A DNA stretch of 44,783 nt from the IMG/VR virus record IMGVR_UViG_3300012953_007463, positions 1 to 44,783 of that record. One strand, written 5' to 3'. Source of the stretch: a virus. Taxonomy: Duplodnaviria > Caudoviricetes. The notes under the pieces were generated by a model. That model worked only from the letters and a program-made list of their open reading frames with translations. It did no database searches and was not told the DNA's origin. Made by a program: the position numbers and the translations under genes. This document shows positions 26,129-34,887 of the stretch, in pieces; within the stretch, counting starts at the first letter, position 1; each line of letters begins with the position of its first letter.

Positions 26129-27437
26129 GTGGACTTTAGAAGAATTAAAAGAGTGGGATGAAAAGATCATTGAACTGGCTAAATCTCACGGGCTAGATTG
26201 GTTTCCAATTAATTACGAAGTATGTGATTATTATGAAATGATAGGCCACATGTCTTATCATGGAATGCCGTCGCACTACAACCATTGGTCTTTTGGTAAG
26301 TCTTTTGAAAGAACTCATCAAATGTATAATTTGGGAATGGAAGGACTTCCATACGAGCTTATCATAAACTCAGATCCATCCATCGCTTATCTTATGAGAG
26401 AGAACCCATTATACCTACAGGTCTTGATTATGGCTCACTGCGTGGGCCACTCAGATTTCTTTAAGAACAATAGAATGTTTGCCCACACAAGACCCCAATC
26501 GATTGTATCTAGCATGAGAAATGCTAAAAAGAGAATTCAGGGATACGTAGAGAATCCACATATTGGAATAGAAAAAGTAGAATCTTTTTTAGATTCTTTA
26601 CATGCAATTCAATTTCATGTCTATAGACACCCTAAGAAATATGTTTCTCATAAAGTAAAAAGAGCTGCCCTTTTAGAAGAAATAAACAAAAAAATATCAG
26701 CGGGTGAGAGTCCTTGTTTAGAAGAATTGAACTCTATTCCTCTGGAAAAAGAACAAGATTTATTTTCTTTCTTTTTAGAGCATGGTAAAGGATACGAGGA
26801 TTGGGAGCTAGATTTAATAGAAATTGTTAAGAGAGAAGCATACTATTTTATGCCTCAAATCCAAACAAAAATTATGAATGAGGGATGGGCATCTTATTGG
26901 CATTACAGATTAATGCATGAATTAGATCTCCCTCAAAGTCTACATTTGCCGTTTTTAAAATCTCACAACCAAGTAGTTCAACCCCATATCGGAAGAATCA
27001 ACCCATATAACATGGGGTTTCATTTATTTAATAAAATAGAAGAACGCTATGGAATGGATGAGATATTTATCGCTAGATCTGTAGGACATGATGAGGCTTT
27101 TATTAGACAGTATTTGACCAGAGAAGATTGTGAAGAGTTAAATCTGTTTGCTTTTTCAGAAAAGAAAGACCACTTCTTAATTGACGATGTTTCAGACGAA
27201 GATGGTTGGAAAAAAGTGAAAGATATGCTAGTAAATCAAGTCGGGGCTAATACAATTCCCAAAATTTATGTAGAATCTATAGACAAGGGCGACATTTTAG
27301 TGCTGCACCATGAACATGATGGGAGAGATTTAGAGCTAGATTATGCAGAACATGTGATTAATCATGTAAGCAAAATTTGGAAAAGTGGCTTGGTTAAGCT
27401 TATGACTATCATCGAAGATGAACCATTTGAAATTTGA
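26121..27437 (+). CDS. spoVR: SpoVR/YcgB family protein
   Basis: HWSFGK, YELIINSDP, AHCVGHSDFFKNN, TKIMNEGWASYWH and NPY. Confidence 0.95.
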   Translation: MSKWTLEELKEWDEKIIELAKSHGLDWFPINYEVCDYYEMIGHMSYHGMPSHYNHWSFGKSFERTHQMYNLGMEGLPYELIINSDPSIAYLMRENPLYLQVLIMAHCVGHSDFFKNNRMFAHTRPQSIVSSMRNAKKRIQGYVENPHIGIEKVESFLDSLHAIQFHVYRHPKKYVSHKVKRAALLEEINKKISAGESPCLEELNSIPLEKEQDLFSFFLEHGKGYEDWELDLIEIVKREAYYFMPQIQTKIMNEGWASYWHYRLMHELDLPQSLHLPFLKSHNQVVQPHIGRINPYNMGFHLFNKIEERYGMDEIFIARSVGHDEAFIRQYLTREDCEELNLFAFSEKKDHFLIDDVSDEDGWKKVKDMLVNQVGANTIPKIYVESIDKGDILVLHHEHDGRDLELDYAEHVINHVSKIWKSGLVKLMTIIEDEPFEI

Positions 27438-27449
27438 GGGTAAAAATAA

Positions 27450-29381
27450 ATGGCAAAGAAAAATAATTTTTTAGATTTAATTGAATCCCACCGCGGGAAA
27501 AAGAAGGATGAAAAGTTCGATGGTAGTTTTCTAGATTACCTAGAACTAGTATCATCCAATCCAGAGCTAGTAAAGTCAGCGCATAAACGATTATACGATG
27601 CAGTTACTAGTCATGGTGTAAATGTAATGGACTCTGAAGATCCTAGAAAAAGGAAGATTTTTGATGGAGATTCCATAAAGATTTATGATTACTTTAAAGA
27701 CCAGTTTTTTGGTAATGAAAGAGTAGTATATAAAATTATGCGATTTCTGCAGGCTGCATCTCTTAAAGGAGAAGAAAGCCGACAAGTTCTTTTACTTATG
27801 GGTCCTGTTGGAGCTGGAAAGTCTGCACTAACAGAGCATATCAAAAGGTCTTTAGAGCAGCTTCCTTATTATCATTTAAAAGGTGATCCCCAAAAGGGCG
27901 AACCTCTTCAGCTTATTCCAAGAAGCTTAAGAGAAAATTTCGAGAAAGAACTTAAAGTAAAAATCGAAGGAGATCTCAGCCCAGTCGCAAGAGATAACCT
28001 GTTAAGAGAGTATGATGGTAAATTTGAAAACTACCCAGTTGTAGAATCTACTTTTTCACAAAGAGGTAGAAGAGGCGTGGCAGTAGTTCCTCCAATGGAT
28101 GCTAATAGCCAAGATGTCTCTGTATTAATTGGATCAGAAGATATTTCAAAGCTTGACAAATACGCCGAAGATGATGCTAGAATCCTATCCCTCAATGGTG
28201 CATTCAACGTCGGAAACCGGGGTATTGTAGAGCTTGTGGAGGTTTTCAAGAATGAAATTGAATTCCTCCATACCATTATCACAGCCACTCAAGAAAAAAG
28301 AGTTCCGTCACCTGGAAAGCATGATATGGTTCATTTTGATGGTGTAATCTTAGCTCACTGTAACGAGAGCGAATGGAATCGATTTAAGAGTGAGCACACT
28401 AACGAAGCAATCTTAGACAGAATTGTTAAGATTAATGTGCCTTATGTTTTGGAGTTAGACCAAGAAATTAAGATCTATGAAAAAATGCTTGGTTTATCAG
28501 ACTTTAATTACCATATTGCTCCTCACACCCTAAGAGTTGCTTCAATGTTTTCGGTTTTATCTAGAATTCATGAAACTCAAAAGTGTGATATTCTAACTAA
28601 GATGAAAATTTACAATGGTGAAGAAGTAATCGAAAAAGGTAGAGTCAAGCATATTGATATTAAAGATCTTCGAGATGAAGCTCGAGATGAGGGCATGAAA
28701 GGCATTTCTACTAGATTTATTATGAAGTCTATCGATGCTGCTTTGACTGATTCGGATAAGGGTTTTATAACGCCTGTTTCTATGATGCAGGCTATTGCTA
28801 CACAAGTTAATGAGCAAATTCCTGATCAAGCGTTTAGAGAAAAATGTTTGGCCATTGTTCAAACTGTAGTTAGAGAAGAGTATCTAAAAATGCTCGAAAC
28901 AGAGATTGCAAAAGCTTTTATAAACGCTTATGAAGAACAAGCTCAATCACTTTTTGATACTTACTTAGATAATGCTGAAGCTTACACAACTAGACAGAAA
29001 CTAAGAGATAGAATAACAAAAGAAGAAATGGTTCCAGATGAAAACTTCATGAGATCTATTGAAGAACAAATTGGAATTCAGGGTTCTTCTAGAGATGGAT
29101 TTAGATCTGACGTTACTGCTTATATGTTTGCTAAAATGAGAAGAAGAGAAAAAGTAGACTATAGAAGTTATGAACCACTAGCCGAAGCTATTGAGTCTTA
29201 CTTGATTTCTTCTGTAAAAGATATGGCACGAATTGTAACAAAGTCTAAAACTAGAGACGAAGAGCAACAGAAGAAATACAGTGAAATGATACAAACCATG
29301 ATAGATGATTATGGTTATACTGCTGAATCCGCGGAAGAGGTGTTAATTTATGCTAGCAACAATCTGTGGAGAGATAGCTAG
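27450..29381 (+). CDS. prkA: PrkA/YeaG AAA+ serine protein kinase
   Basis: LMGPVGAGKS, NRGIVELVEVFK, EAILDRIV and GISTRF. Confidence 0.95.
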   Translation: MAKKNNFLDLIESHRGKKKDEKFDGSFLDYLELVSSNPELVKSAHKRLYDAVTSHGVNVMDSEDPRKRKIFDGDSIKIYDYFKDQFFGNERVVYKIMRFLQAASLKGEESRQVLLLMGPVGAGKSALTEHIKRSLEQLPYYHLKGDPQKGEPLQLIPRSLRENFEKELKVKIEGDLSPVARDNLLREYDGKFENYPVVESTFSQRGRRGVAVVPPMDANSQDVSVLIGSEDISKLDKYAEDDARILSLNGAFNVGNRGIVELVEVFKNEIEFLHTIITATQEKRVPSPGKHDMVHFDGVILAHCNESEWNRFKSEHTNEAILDRIVKINVPYVLELDQEIKIYEKMLGLSDFNYHIAPHTLRVASMFSVLSRIHETQKCDILTKMKIYNGEEVIEKGRVKHIDIKDLRDEARDEGMKGISTRFIMKSIDAALTDSDKGFITPVSMMQAIATQVNEQIPDQAFREKCLAIVQTVVREEYLKMLETEIAKAFINAYEEQAQSLFDTYLDNAEAYTTRQKLRDRITKEEMVPDENFMRSIEEQIGIQGSSRDGFRSDVTAYMFAKMRRREKVDYRSYEPLAEAIESYLISSVKDMARIVTKSKTRDEEQQKKYSEMIQTMIDDYGYTAESAEEVLIYASNNLWRDS

Positions 29382-29391
29382 GAGTTTTAAT

Positions 29392-29649
29392 ATGAGTTTA
29401 AAAGTTTCGTTTGGGTTGCCAGAAATTATTGGCGCCTTTGGATGTTTTGGTTTAGTTCAGGCAAACTACATTGTCGGTTCAATTTTGCTTTCGCTTGGAG
29501 TTTTTGGCGTATTTTGCAGATATGCACTAGAAATCCAAGCCAAAAAGGAAAGTGACCAGAAGATAGATAATGTGGTTACTTCTCTTAAAGAGGCTTTTCT
29601 AACGCCAAATGTATGGGCTAATTTTTCTAATGACCAGAAAATGCACTAA
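29392..29649 (+). CDS. small membrane protein
   Basis: AGGAG SD; two hydrophobic segments. Confidence 0.65.
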   Translation: MSLKVSFGLPEIIGAFGCFGLVQANYIVGSILLSLGVFGVFCRYALEIQAKKESDQKIDNVVTSLKEAFLTPNVWANFSNDQKMH

Positions 29650-30992
29650 TGAATTGGACATTACCTTTAGAGGTTAATGGTTCATACAACAGAAGTTTAG
29701 CAAAAAAATTCTACGATTTAATCGATCCTTTAGCCAACAATGAAATTTCCATAAGTTATGGAAAATCTATATTGCATCTTTCCTATATTGATGTACTTAG
29801 ACTGTTGTATGAACAGAATCCGGAAAACAAAAAAGAGAGAATTTTTAAAAACTTAATTCTCAAAAATTTTTCTGATGCAGAAAAGAGATGTCCTGGTAGC
29901 GGAATTATTGCGACTCTCTCATTCTTAAAATGTGTTGGCTCAGATTTTGATTTCGATTTAGCTTTTAAAGACTTAAAAGATTTTTCTTATAAATCTAGAA
30001 GAAGTAATTTAGACGAATTAAATAAGGTTTTAGATGCTTTTGCACCAGATAACGCCATTAGAGAAATATGCGAAAGAATTTTAGAGGATGGCGGATTTAG
30101 CGCATCATGTGATGTAGAAACCACTTACGACTTACTAGATACTTTAAATGTTATTAACTCTTGCGAGTTTAATGTAAGACTAGATGCAAATTTTAGTGCA
30201 GCTACAAAGATTTCTTCTTTTAAGCATAGCTACCCCGATATATTAGTTGCAGATGGTATTGTCGAAGAAGTTTCTGAAATTCACCATATATTAGAGCATT
30301 ATTCAAAAACTAAAAAGCCTTGCTTTCTTATCTCTAGAGGGTTTAGTAATGATGTTATTAATACACTATCAACAAACTATAAAAGAGGGTCTCTAAGGGT
30401 TATTCCGGGAACCCTAGTCTATAATCTAGACTCTATTAACTCTTTAAAAGATATATGCACCATTTCTAACTGCGATATGATAAGCACTTTAAAGGGAGAT
30501 AGGTTTTCCACAGTGGATTTAAGAGAAATAAAAAGCGTGGAATATATAAACTTAAGTCAAGAGAAACTAGAAATCAAAAATAGCAATGAATATCCTAGAG
30601 TGGTTAATTTAATAAAACACCTAAGGAAACAAATAGACGAAGAAGTAGTCGACGATAAAAAAGAAATTTTAGAAAAGAGAATATCACAGTTAAGCCCAAG
30701 AAAAGTAAAAATAAAACTTTCTAACCACAAAAAAGATGGAGTGGGATTATCAAAAGACAGAATTAAAATGATGATCTCTTTAATCAACTCAACATGCCAG
30801 TTTGGGATAATAGACTTGAAAAAGTATTCAGGTTCGAATTTTATCAATCAGCATGTTGTAGACTTTTTAAGAGAAAAAGGGTTCGATTTATTACCAGCAA
30901 GATCTTTTTTTGATGGAGTAAAGGTTGGGTTGTCTAATGCAAAACTAGTCAACTCAACTAGTCAGGCTATATTAATTGACACTGACTCTTAA
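29649..30992 (+). CDS. divergent chaperonin (GroEL/TCP-1)-like protein
   Basis: apical-domain-like segment (DGIVEEVSEIHHILE...KPCFLISRGF...L-x-TL-x-x-N...LKDI) and KEILEKRISQL; GDGTT absent. Confidence 0.7.
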   Translation: MNWTLPLEVNGSYNRSLAKKFYDLIDPLANNEISISYGKSILHLSYIDVLRLLYEQNPENKKERIFKNLILKNFSDAEKRCPGSGIIATLSFLKCVGSDFDFDLAFKDLKDFSYKSRRSNLDELNKVLDAFAPDNAIREICERILEDGGFSASCDVETTYDLLDTLNVINSCEFNVRLDANFSAATKISSFKHSYPDILVADGIVEEVSEIHHILEHYSKTKKPCFLISRGFSNDVINTLSTNYKRGSLRVIPGTLVYNLDSINSLKDICTISNCDMISTLKGDRFSTVDLREIKSVEYINLSQEKLEIKNSNEYPRVVNLIKHLRKQIDEEVVDDKKEILEKRISQLSPRKVKIKLSNHKKDGVGLSKDRIKMMISLINSTCQFGIIDLKKYSGSNFINQHVVDFLREKGFDLLPARSFFDGVKVGLSNAKLVNSTSQAILIDTDS

Positions 30993-31047
30993 CAGAGATA
31001 TATAATTGAATAGATTTAAAAAAATAATTGAATTATTTGGAGGACTT

Positions 31048-31287
31048 ATGCCAAGGGCAAAAAAGAAAACACAGGTTGTTGAACCGCAAAATACAGTAAA
31101 TGAAGCAGTTGTTGCAAGACTTTGTCTAGACATTTTAGATGTGTATAAAAACAACTGTAAAAATACTATAGTTTCATCAAATCTAACTAAGCAACAGAAA
31201 GCCGAGCTGTCTAAAGACATGGACACTCAGTTAGAAATTGTGAAAACAAAGTGTTTTGATCAAGTTAGTTTAATTTTCAGGGATTAA
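31048..31287 (+). CDS. hypothetical protein
   Basis: GGAGG before ATG 31048. Confidence 0.65.
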   Translation: MPRAKKKTQVVEPQNTVNEAVVARLCLDILDVYKNNCKNTIVSSNLTKQQKAELSKDMDTQLEIVKTKCFDQVSLIFRD

Positions 31288-31292
31288 AAAAC

Positions 31293-31748
31293 TTGGAATC
31301 TTTAGGGATAAAACACACAATTAAGTGCAGGTGCATAATTTCTCAGTTTAAGACTATGAAAAACCCGCCCTTGCATGAGTTTGTGGTTTTTTCTATTATT
31401 GAAGATGACAAAGTAAAAAAATCTCACGCTAAATGTAACAATTGCGGGATTACTCATGAAATAATAGATCTTTGTAGATCTAAAATTTTAGATAAATCTG
31501 ATGATTGGAATACCCCAACAAAAGATGATATTTCTTACTCTTTGTCAGACGATTTAAAAGATCTACTAAACTCTTATGATGCTGATCTTCCTACATGGCA
31601 GATGTCACAGTGGATTATAGATAATAATAGGTGGGGATCTAAAATAATCCTCTCAAAAAAAGATTTAGACGATAGGATAGAAGGAAAAATTTTGATCTTT
31701 AAAGAAAAAGACTTCTACAGAATAGAGACGTTTTTAGAATCTAAATAG
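31293..31748 (+). CDS. hypothetical protein with possible zinc ribbon
   Basis: CRC...CNNCG-x-x-H. Confidence 0.65.
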   Translation: MESLGIKHTIKCRCIISQFKTMKNPPLHEFVVFSIIEDDKVKKSHAKCNNCGITHEIIDLCRSKILDKSDDWNTPTKDDISYSLSDDLKDLLNSYDADLPTWQMSQWIIDNNRWGSKIILSKKDLDDRIEGKILIFKEKDFYRIETFLESK

Positions 31749-31756
31749 GATTTGTT

Positions 31757-32020
31757 ATGAGTGATTTAGAAAATTTAACAGTTAAAGTTTATGGAGACTT
31801 ACCAGAAGAAAAAAGGGCTCTAGAATCTATAAAGTCTAGAGAAATAGTCTCAGAAATACTCAGGTTTGGAGTAACACAACACCAGCTTACGAAAATAATT
31901 TATCTTTTATCTTTAGAACTGGAAGATAGAATATTGCTGGAAACATTATCTGATGTGCTTCGGCCTTTACTTTTTAAGGATAATGAAAAAAATAATAACA
32001 GTTCAATTGTTTTGGAGTAA
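31757..32020 (+). CDS. hypothetical protein
   Basis: AGGA SD; in operon. Confidence 0.65.
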   Translation: MSDLENLTVKVYGDLPEEKRALESIKSREIVSEILRFGVTQHQLTKIIYLLSLELEDRILLETLSDVLRPLLFKDNEKNNNSSIVLE

Positions 32021-32025
32021 CTAAA

Positions 32026-32220
32026 ATGGATAACACAATACTACAAAAATGGGCAGAGCTCAAGACACTAGTAGAAAGCCTCGAACTTGATGTTCACAAG
32101 CACGCAAATGGAAATGCATCTGCGGGAGTGAGAGCAAGAAGAGGATTACGACTTTTAAAGACAGAAGCAGCTGCATTGGTAAAATCGTCTCTTGAATCTG
32201 AAAAAGAAAGAAAGAAATAG
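32026..32220 (+). CDS. Hc1-like (histone H1-like) small nucleoid protein
   Basis: K-x3-GNASAGVRARRGL motif. Confidence 0.75.
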   Translation: MDNTILQKWAELKTLVESLELDVHKHANGNASAGVRARRGLRLLKTEAAALVKSSLESEKERKK

Positions 32221-32221
32221 A

Positions 32222-32485
32222 TTAGATAATCTTGTCTTTAACAAGAGATTCGTGAACTTTTCCGAAGATAGTCTTTTCAATTTGACATATCCTCATTCTA
32301 GTCACATTAAAAATGTCTCCTATCTCTTGAAGAGTTAGGGGACCTTTTTTTGCTCCAAGTAAAGCACAATTATTATGCTCTTTACAAGCTATCCAATATC
32401 TACACTCGCTTTTTTTACAAGTCAAATTTCGCTTCTCATGTTCAGAGAAACATGTTGTATTTAATATAGTTAGATCATTTTTCAT
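32222..32485 (-). CDS. stand-alone sigma70 region-4 HTH protein with Cys-rich N-terminus
   Basis: LTLQEIGDIFNVTRMRICQIE; five Cys upstream. Confidence 0.8.
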   Translation of the reverse strand: MKNDLTILNTTCFSEHEKRNLTCKKSECRYWIACKEHNNCALLGAKKGPLTLQEIGDIFNVTRMRICQIEKTIFGKVHESLVKDKII

Positions 32486-32565
32486 TTATTTCTAAACCCA
32501 TCATAATTAGAATTTATATGGAATAATAAACCGGTGTTCAGCAAATGTACAGACTGGAGTAATAA

Positions 32566-33843
32566 ATGAACGATAGAAAAATTTTTGTAATTGATACTAG
32601 TGTTTTACTTTATGACATGAAATCAATCCATTCTTTCCCAGGAAATGACGTAGTAATCCCCTTGATGGTTTTGGATGAGCTGGATAGATTCAAAGAAAAA
32701 CCAGGATTAATCGGTGAGTCTGCAAGATACGTCAACAGATTTCTAGATCAACTCAGAGAACTTGGTGATATAAATAAAGGAATCATATTAGTTGATAATG
32801 ACCAATCAATCAGGGTTGAACTGCGGGCTACAGAGAATAACAAGCTAAAAGGGTTAGATCTCTCCAAGGGAGATAACCAAATTATTCTCACTTCTTTGCT
32901 TCTTCAAGAAGAATCTAAAACGAAAGTTAAGGTTATAACAAAGGACATTAACTTAAGAGTTAAGTGCGATGCAGTTGGTCTAAAAGCTGAAGATTATTTC
33001 AAAGATGATTTAGAAAGTGAAGGTGATTATGTTGGATGGACTGAAATTCATTTGACAAAAAAACAAATCGACCTTTTTTATTCTCAAAATACTCTTAAAA
33101 TAAACGAAGAATTATTAGAAAACCAGTTTGTTGTAGCGACGAATGGTCAACAGTCTTTACTTGCGATTCACCAGGGCGGGTGGATTAATCCACTCGTTCA
33201 AAAAATAGAAAAGACTATGGCATTAGTTCCTAGAAATAAAGAACAAAGATTTGCTGTAGAATCTCTATTAGATCCAGACATTCCTTTGGTTACTCTGACT
33301 GGTTTAGCAGGGTCTGGAAAAACCTTTTTATCTTTAATGGCTGCTTTAGAGGGCTTACAAGAGGGAATATATCAAAGAATTATTATAACACGGTCTCTTC
33401 AGCCTGTGGGTAGAGATATTGGTTATCTGCCAGGAGATATGGATGAGAAGATGGCACCATGGTTAGCTCCCATCTTTGATAATGTTCGGCATGCATTTAA
33501 AGACACAACATATTTTCAAGCCATGATGCAAAAAGGGCAAATAGAAGTAGCACCTTTAAGTTTTATTAGGGGAAGAACATTTCCAGATAGTTTTGTTTTA
33601 GTAGATGAATCTCAAAATGCATCGATTCATGAATTAAAAACTATTGTTACTAGAGTTGGAGAAAATTCAAAAATAGTTTTGTTAGGAGACACTGACCAAA
33701 TAGATACTCCATATATTACTAGAAAATCCAATGGATTAAGTATTGTTTCTGAAAAATTTAAAAACAGTCCTCTTCATGCGCATATTCATCTTCCGAAAGG
33801 ACAGAGATCAAATCTTGCCACTGAAGCTTCAAGACTGTTATAA
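32566..33843 (+). CDS. phoH: PIN-PhoH protein (PhoH2/YlaK type)
   Basis: VIDTSVLL PIN domain; GLAGSGKT, FIRGRT, DESQN and GDTDQID. Confidence 0.93.
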   Translation: MNDRKIFVIDTSVLLYDMKSIHSFPGNDVVIPLMVLDELDRFKEKPGLIGESARYVNRFLDQLRELGDINKGIILVDNDQSIRVELRATENNKLKGLDLSKGDNQIILTSLLLQEESKTKVKVITKDINLRVKCDAVGLKAEDYFKDDLESEGDYVGWTEIHLTKKQIDLFYSQNTLKINEELLENQFVVATNGQQSLLAIHQGGWINPLVQKIEKTMALVPRNKEQRFAVESLLDPDIPLVTLTGLAGSGKTFLSLMAALEGLQEGIYQRIIITRSLQPVGRDIGYLPGDMDEKMAPWLAPIFDNVRHAFKDTTYFQAMMQKGQIEVAPLSFIRGRTFPDSFVLVDESQNASIHELKTIVTRVGENSKIVLLGDTDQIDTPYITRKSNGLSIVSEKFKNSPLHAHIHLPKGQRSNLATEASRLL

Positions 33844-33861
33844 TTATCGATAGAGGAAATT

Positions 33862-34167
33862 ATGCCCTATATTAAAAGAAATAAAAATCAGTGGAGAAAG
33901 GTCTATCCTGGAGTTAGAAGAAAACCAGTTTATGAAAAAATCCAGCGTATGGAAGTCGGAATACTGGGGTTTGAAAATTCAGACGTAGAAACCTTTAGAT
34001 TCAACAACAACTATGATAAAGAACCAACTATAACAGCTTCTACTGTTGGACCAGATGCCAATGTTAGTATATGTTGTATAGCTTTAAGCAATGGAGAAGC
34101 TACTTTTGGAGCCAGCGCAAAATTTACTGGAGAGGTTCATATACAAGTTGTTGAGAGGATGGATTGA
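33862..34167 (+). CDS. hypothetical, probable structural protein
   Basis: GAGG SD; basic N-terminus plus a small beta domain (F-x3-Y-x3-P-x-ITA). Confidence 0.55.
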   Translation: MPYIKRNKNQWRKVYPGVRRKPVYEKIQRMEVGILGFENSDVETFRFNNNYDKEPTITASTVGPDANVSICCIALSNGEATFGASAKFTGEVHIQVVERMD

Positions 34168-34859
34168 TGCAGACACCACCTGAAGGAGCTATAGGAAGAG
34201 AGACATTTATAAATGATCACTTAATAGAAGATCTTTCAGTGGAAGTTATAGATTCTGAAACTGGAAAATTCTATTTTGCAAAACAGCATATGTACATTCC
34301 ATCAGTAGTTGTTGTAAAAGCAATGGTCCCTAACGCTCCTCATATTAATTTTTATATGAAGGGTGTTACAAATATGGGCAATTGGGCTACTGGTAGTATT
34401 TCTTTGCGAGCTGGAGTTACTGGTGGAGATTTAAATACAGACAATTTTGTTTTAATAGACAAAGATAACAAGTCTAAAAATTTTACATTTGATGAAACTT
34501 CGAGTGGTTTTGAGAATGGAAATATAGGAACATCACCCTTTAATGGCGGTTCTGCTGCCGATGTAGAGGGTATCGCGAATAGAATTTTAGAAGCAGTAAA
34601 TGATATTGATGGACTAAGCATAACAGCAATAGAGTCAGTTCCAAACCCTCTAGAGCCAGGTGGTGCAATAATAACACTGGTCCAAGATATTACAGGGTCT
34701 GGAGGTAATACCATTATAGATGTAGCTGGTGTTACCGGAGTCGATTCAGAAAATTTTACTAGTGGAAACAATTACGGAAGTGGATCTTTTGCAGCAAGTG
34801 AGACATTTTCTGGCGATTTACTAATAAGAGCTGCATCTTTACAGATAGAATATTTATAG
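34164..34859 (+). CDS. probable structural protein
   Basis: G/T/D-rich; ATGSI...ITLVQDITG-x-x-GNT...FTSG sheath/fibre-like module. Confidence 0.55.
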   Translation: MMQTPPEGAIGRETFINDHLIEDLSVEVIDSETGKFYFAKQHMYIPSVVVVKAMVPNAPHINFYMKGVTNMGNWATGSISLRAGVTGGDLNTDNFVLIDKDNKSKNFTFDETSSGFENGNIGTSPFNGGSAADVEGIANRILEAVNDIDGLSITAIESVPNPLEPGGAIITLVQDITGSGGNTIIDVAGVTGVDSENFTSGNNYGSGSFAASETFSGDLLIRAASLQIEYL

Positions 34860-34887
34860 TAGTTTAGAGTAAGTGTAGGTTAAAAAT

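Noticed and set aside
24956-33843. Bacterial chromosomal segment (host contamination or prophage boundary)
   Set aside because: Composition and gene packing are continuous with the flanks, the gene set is an eclectic mix rather than a cellular neighbourhood, and no att or integrase signal was seen. It cannot be fully excluded without the whole contig.
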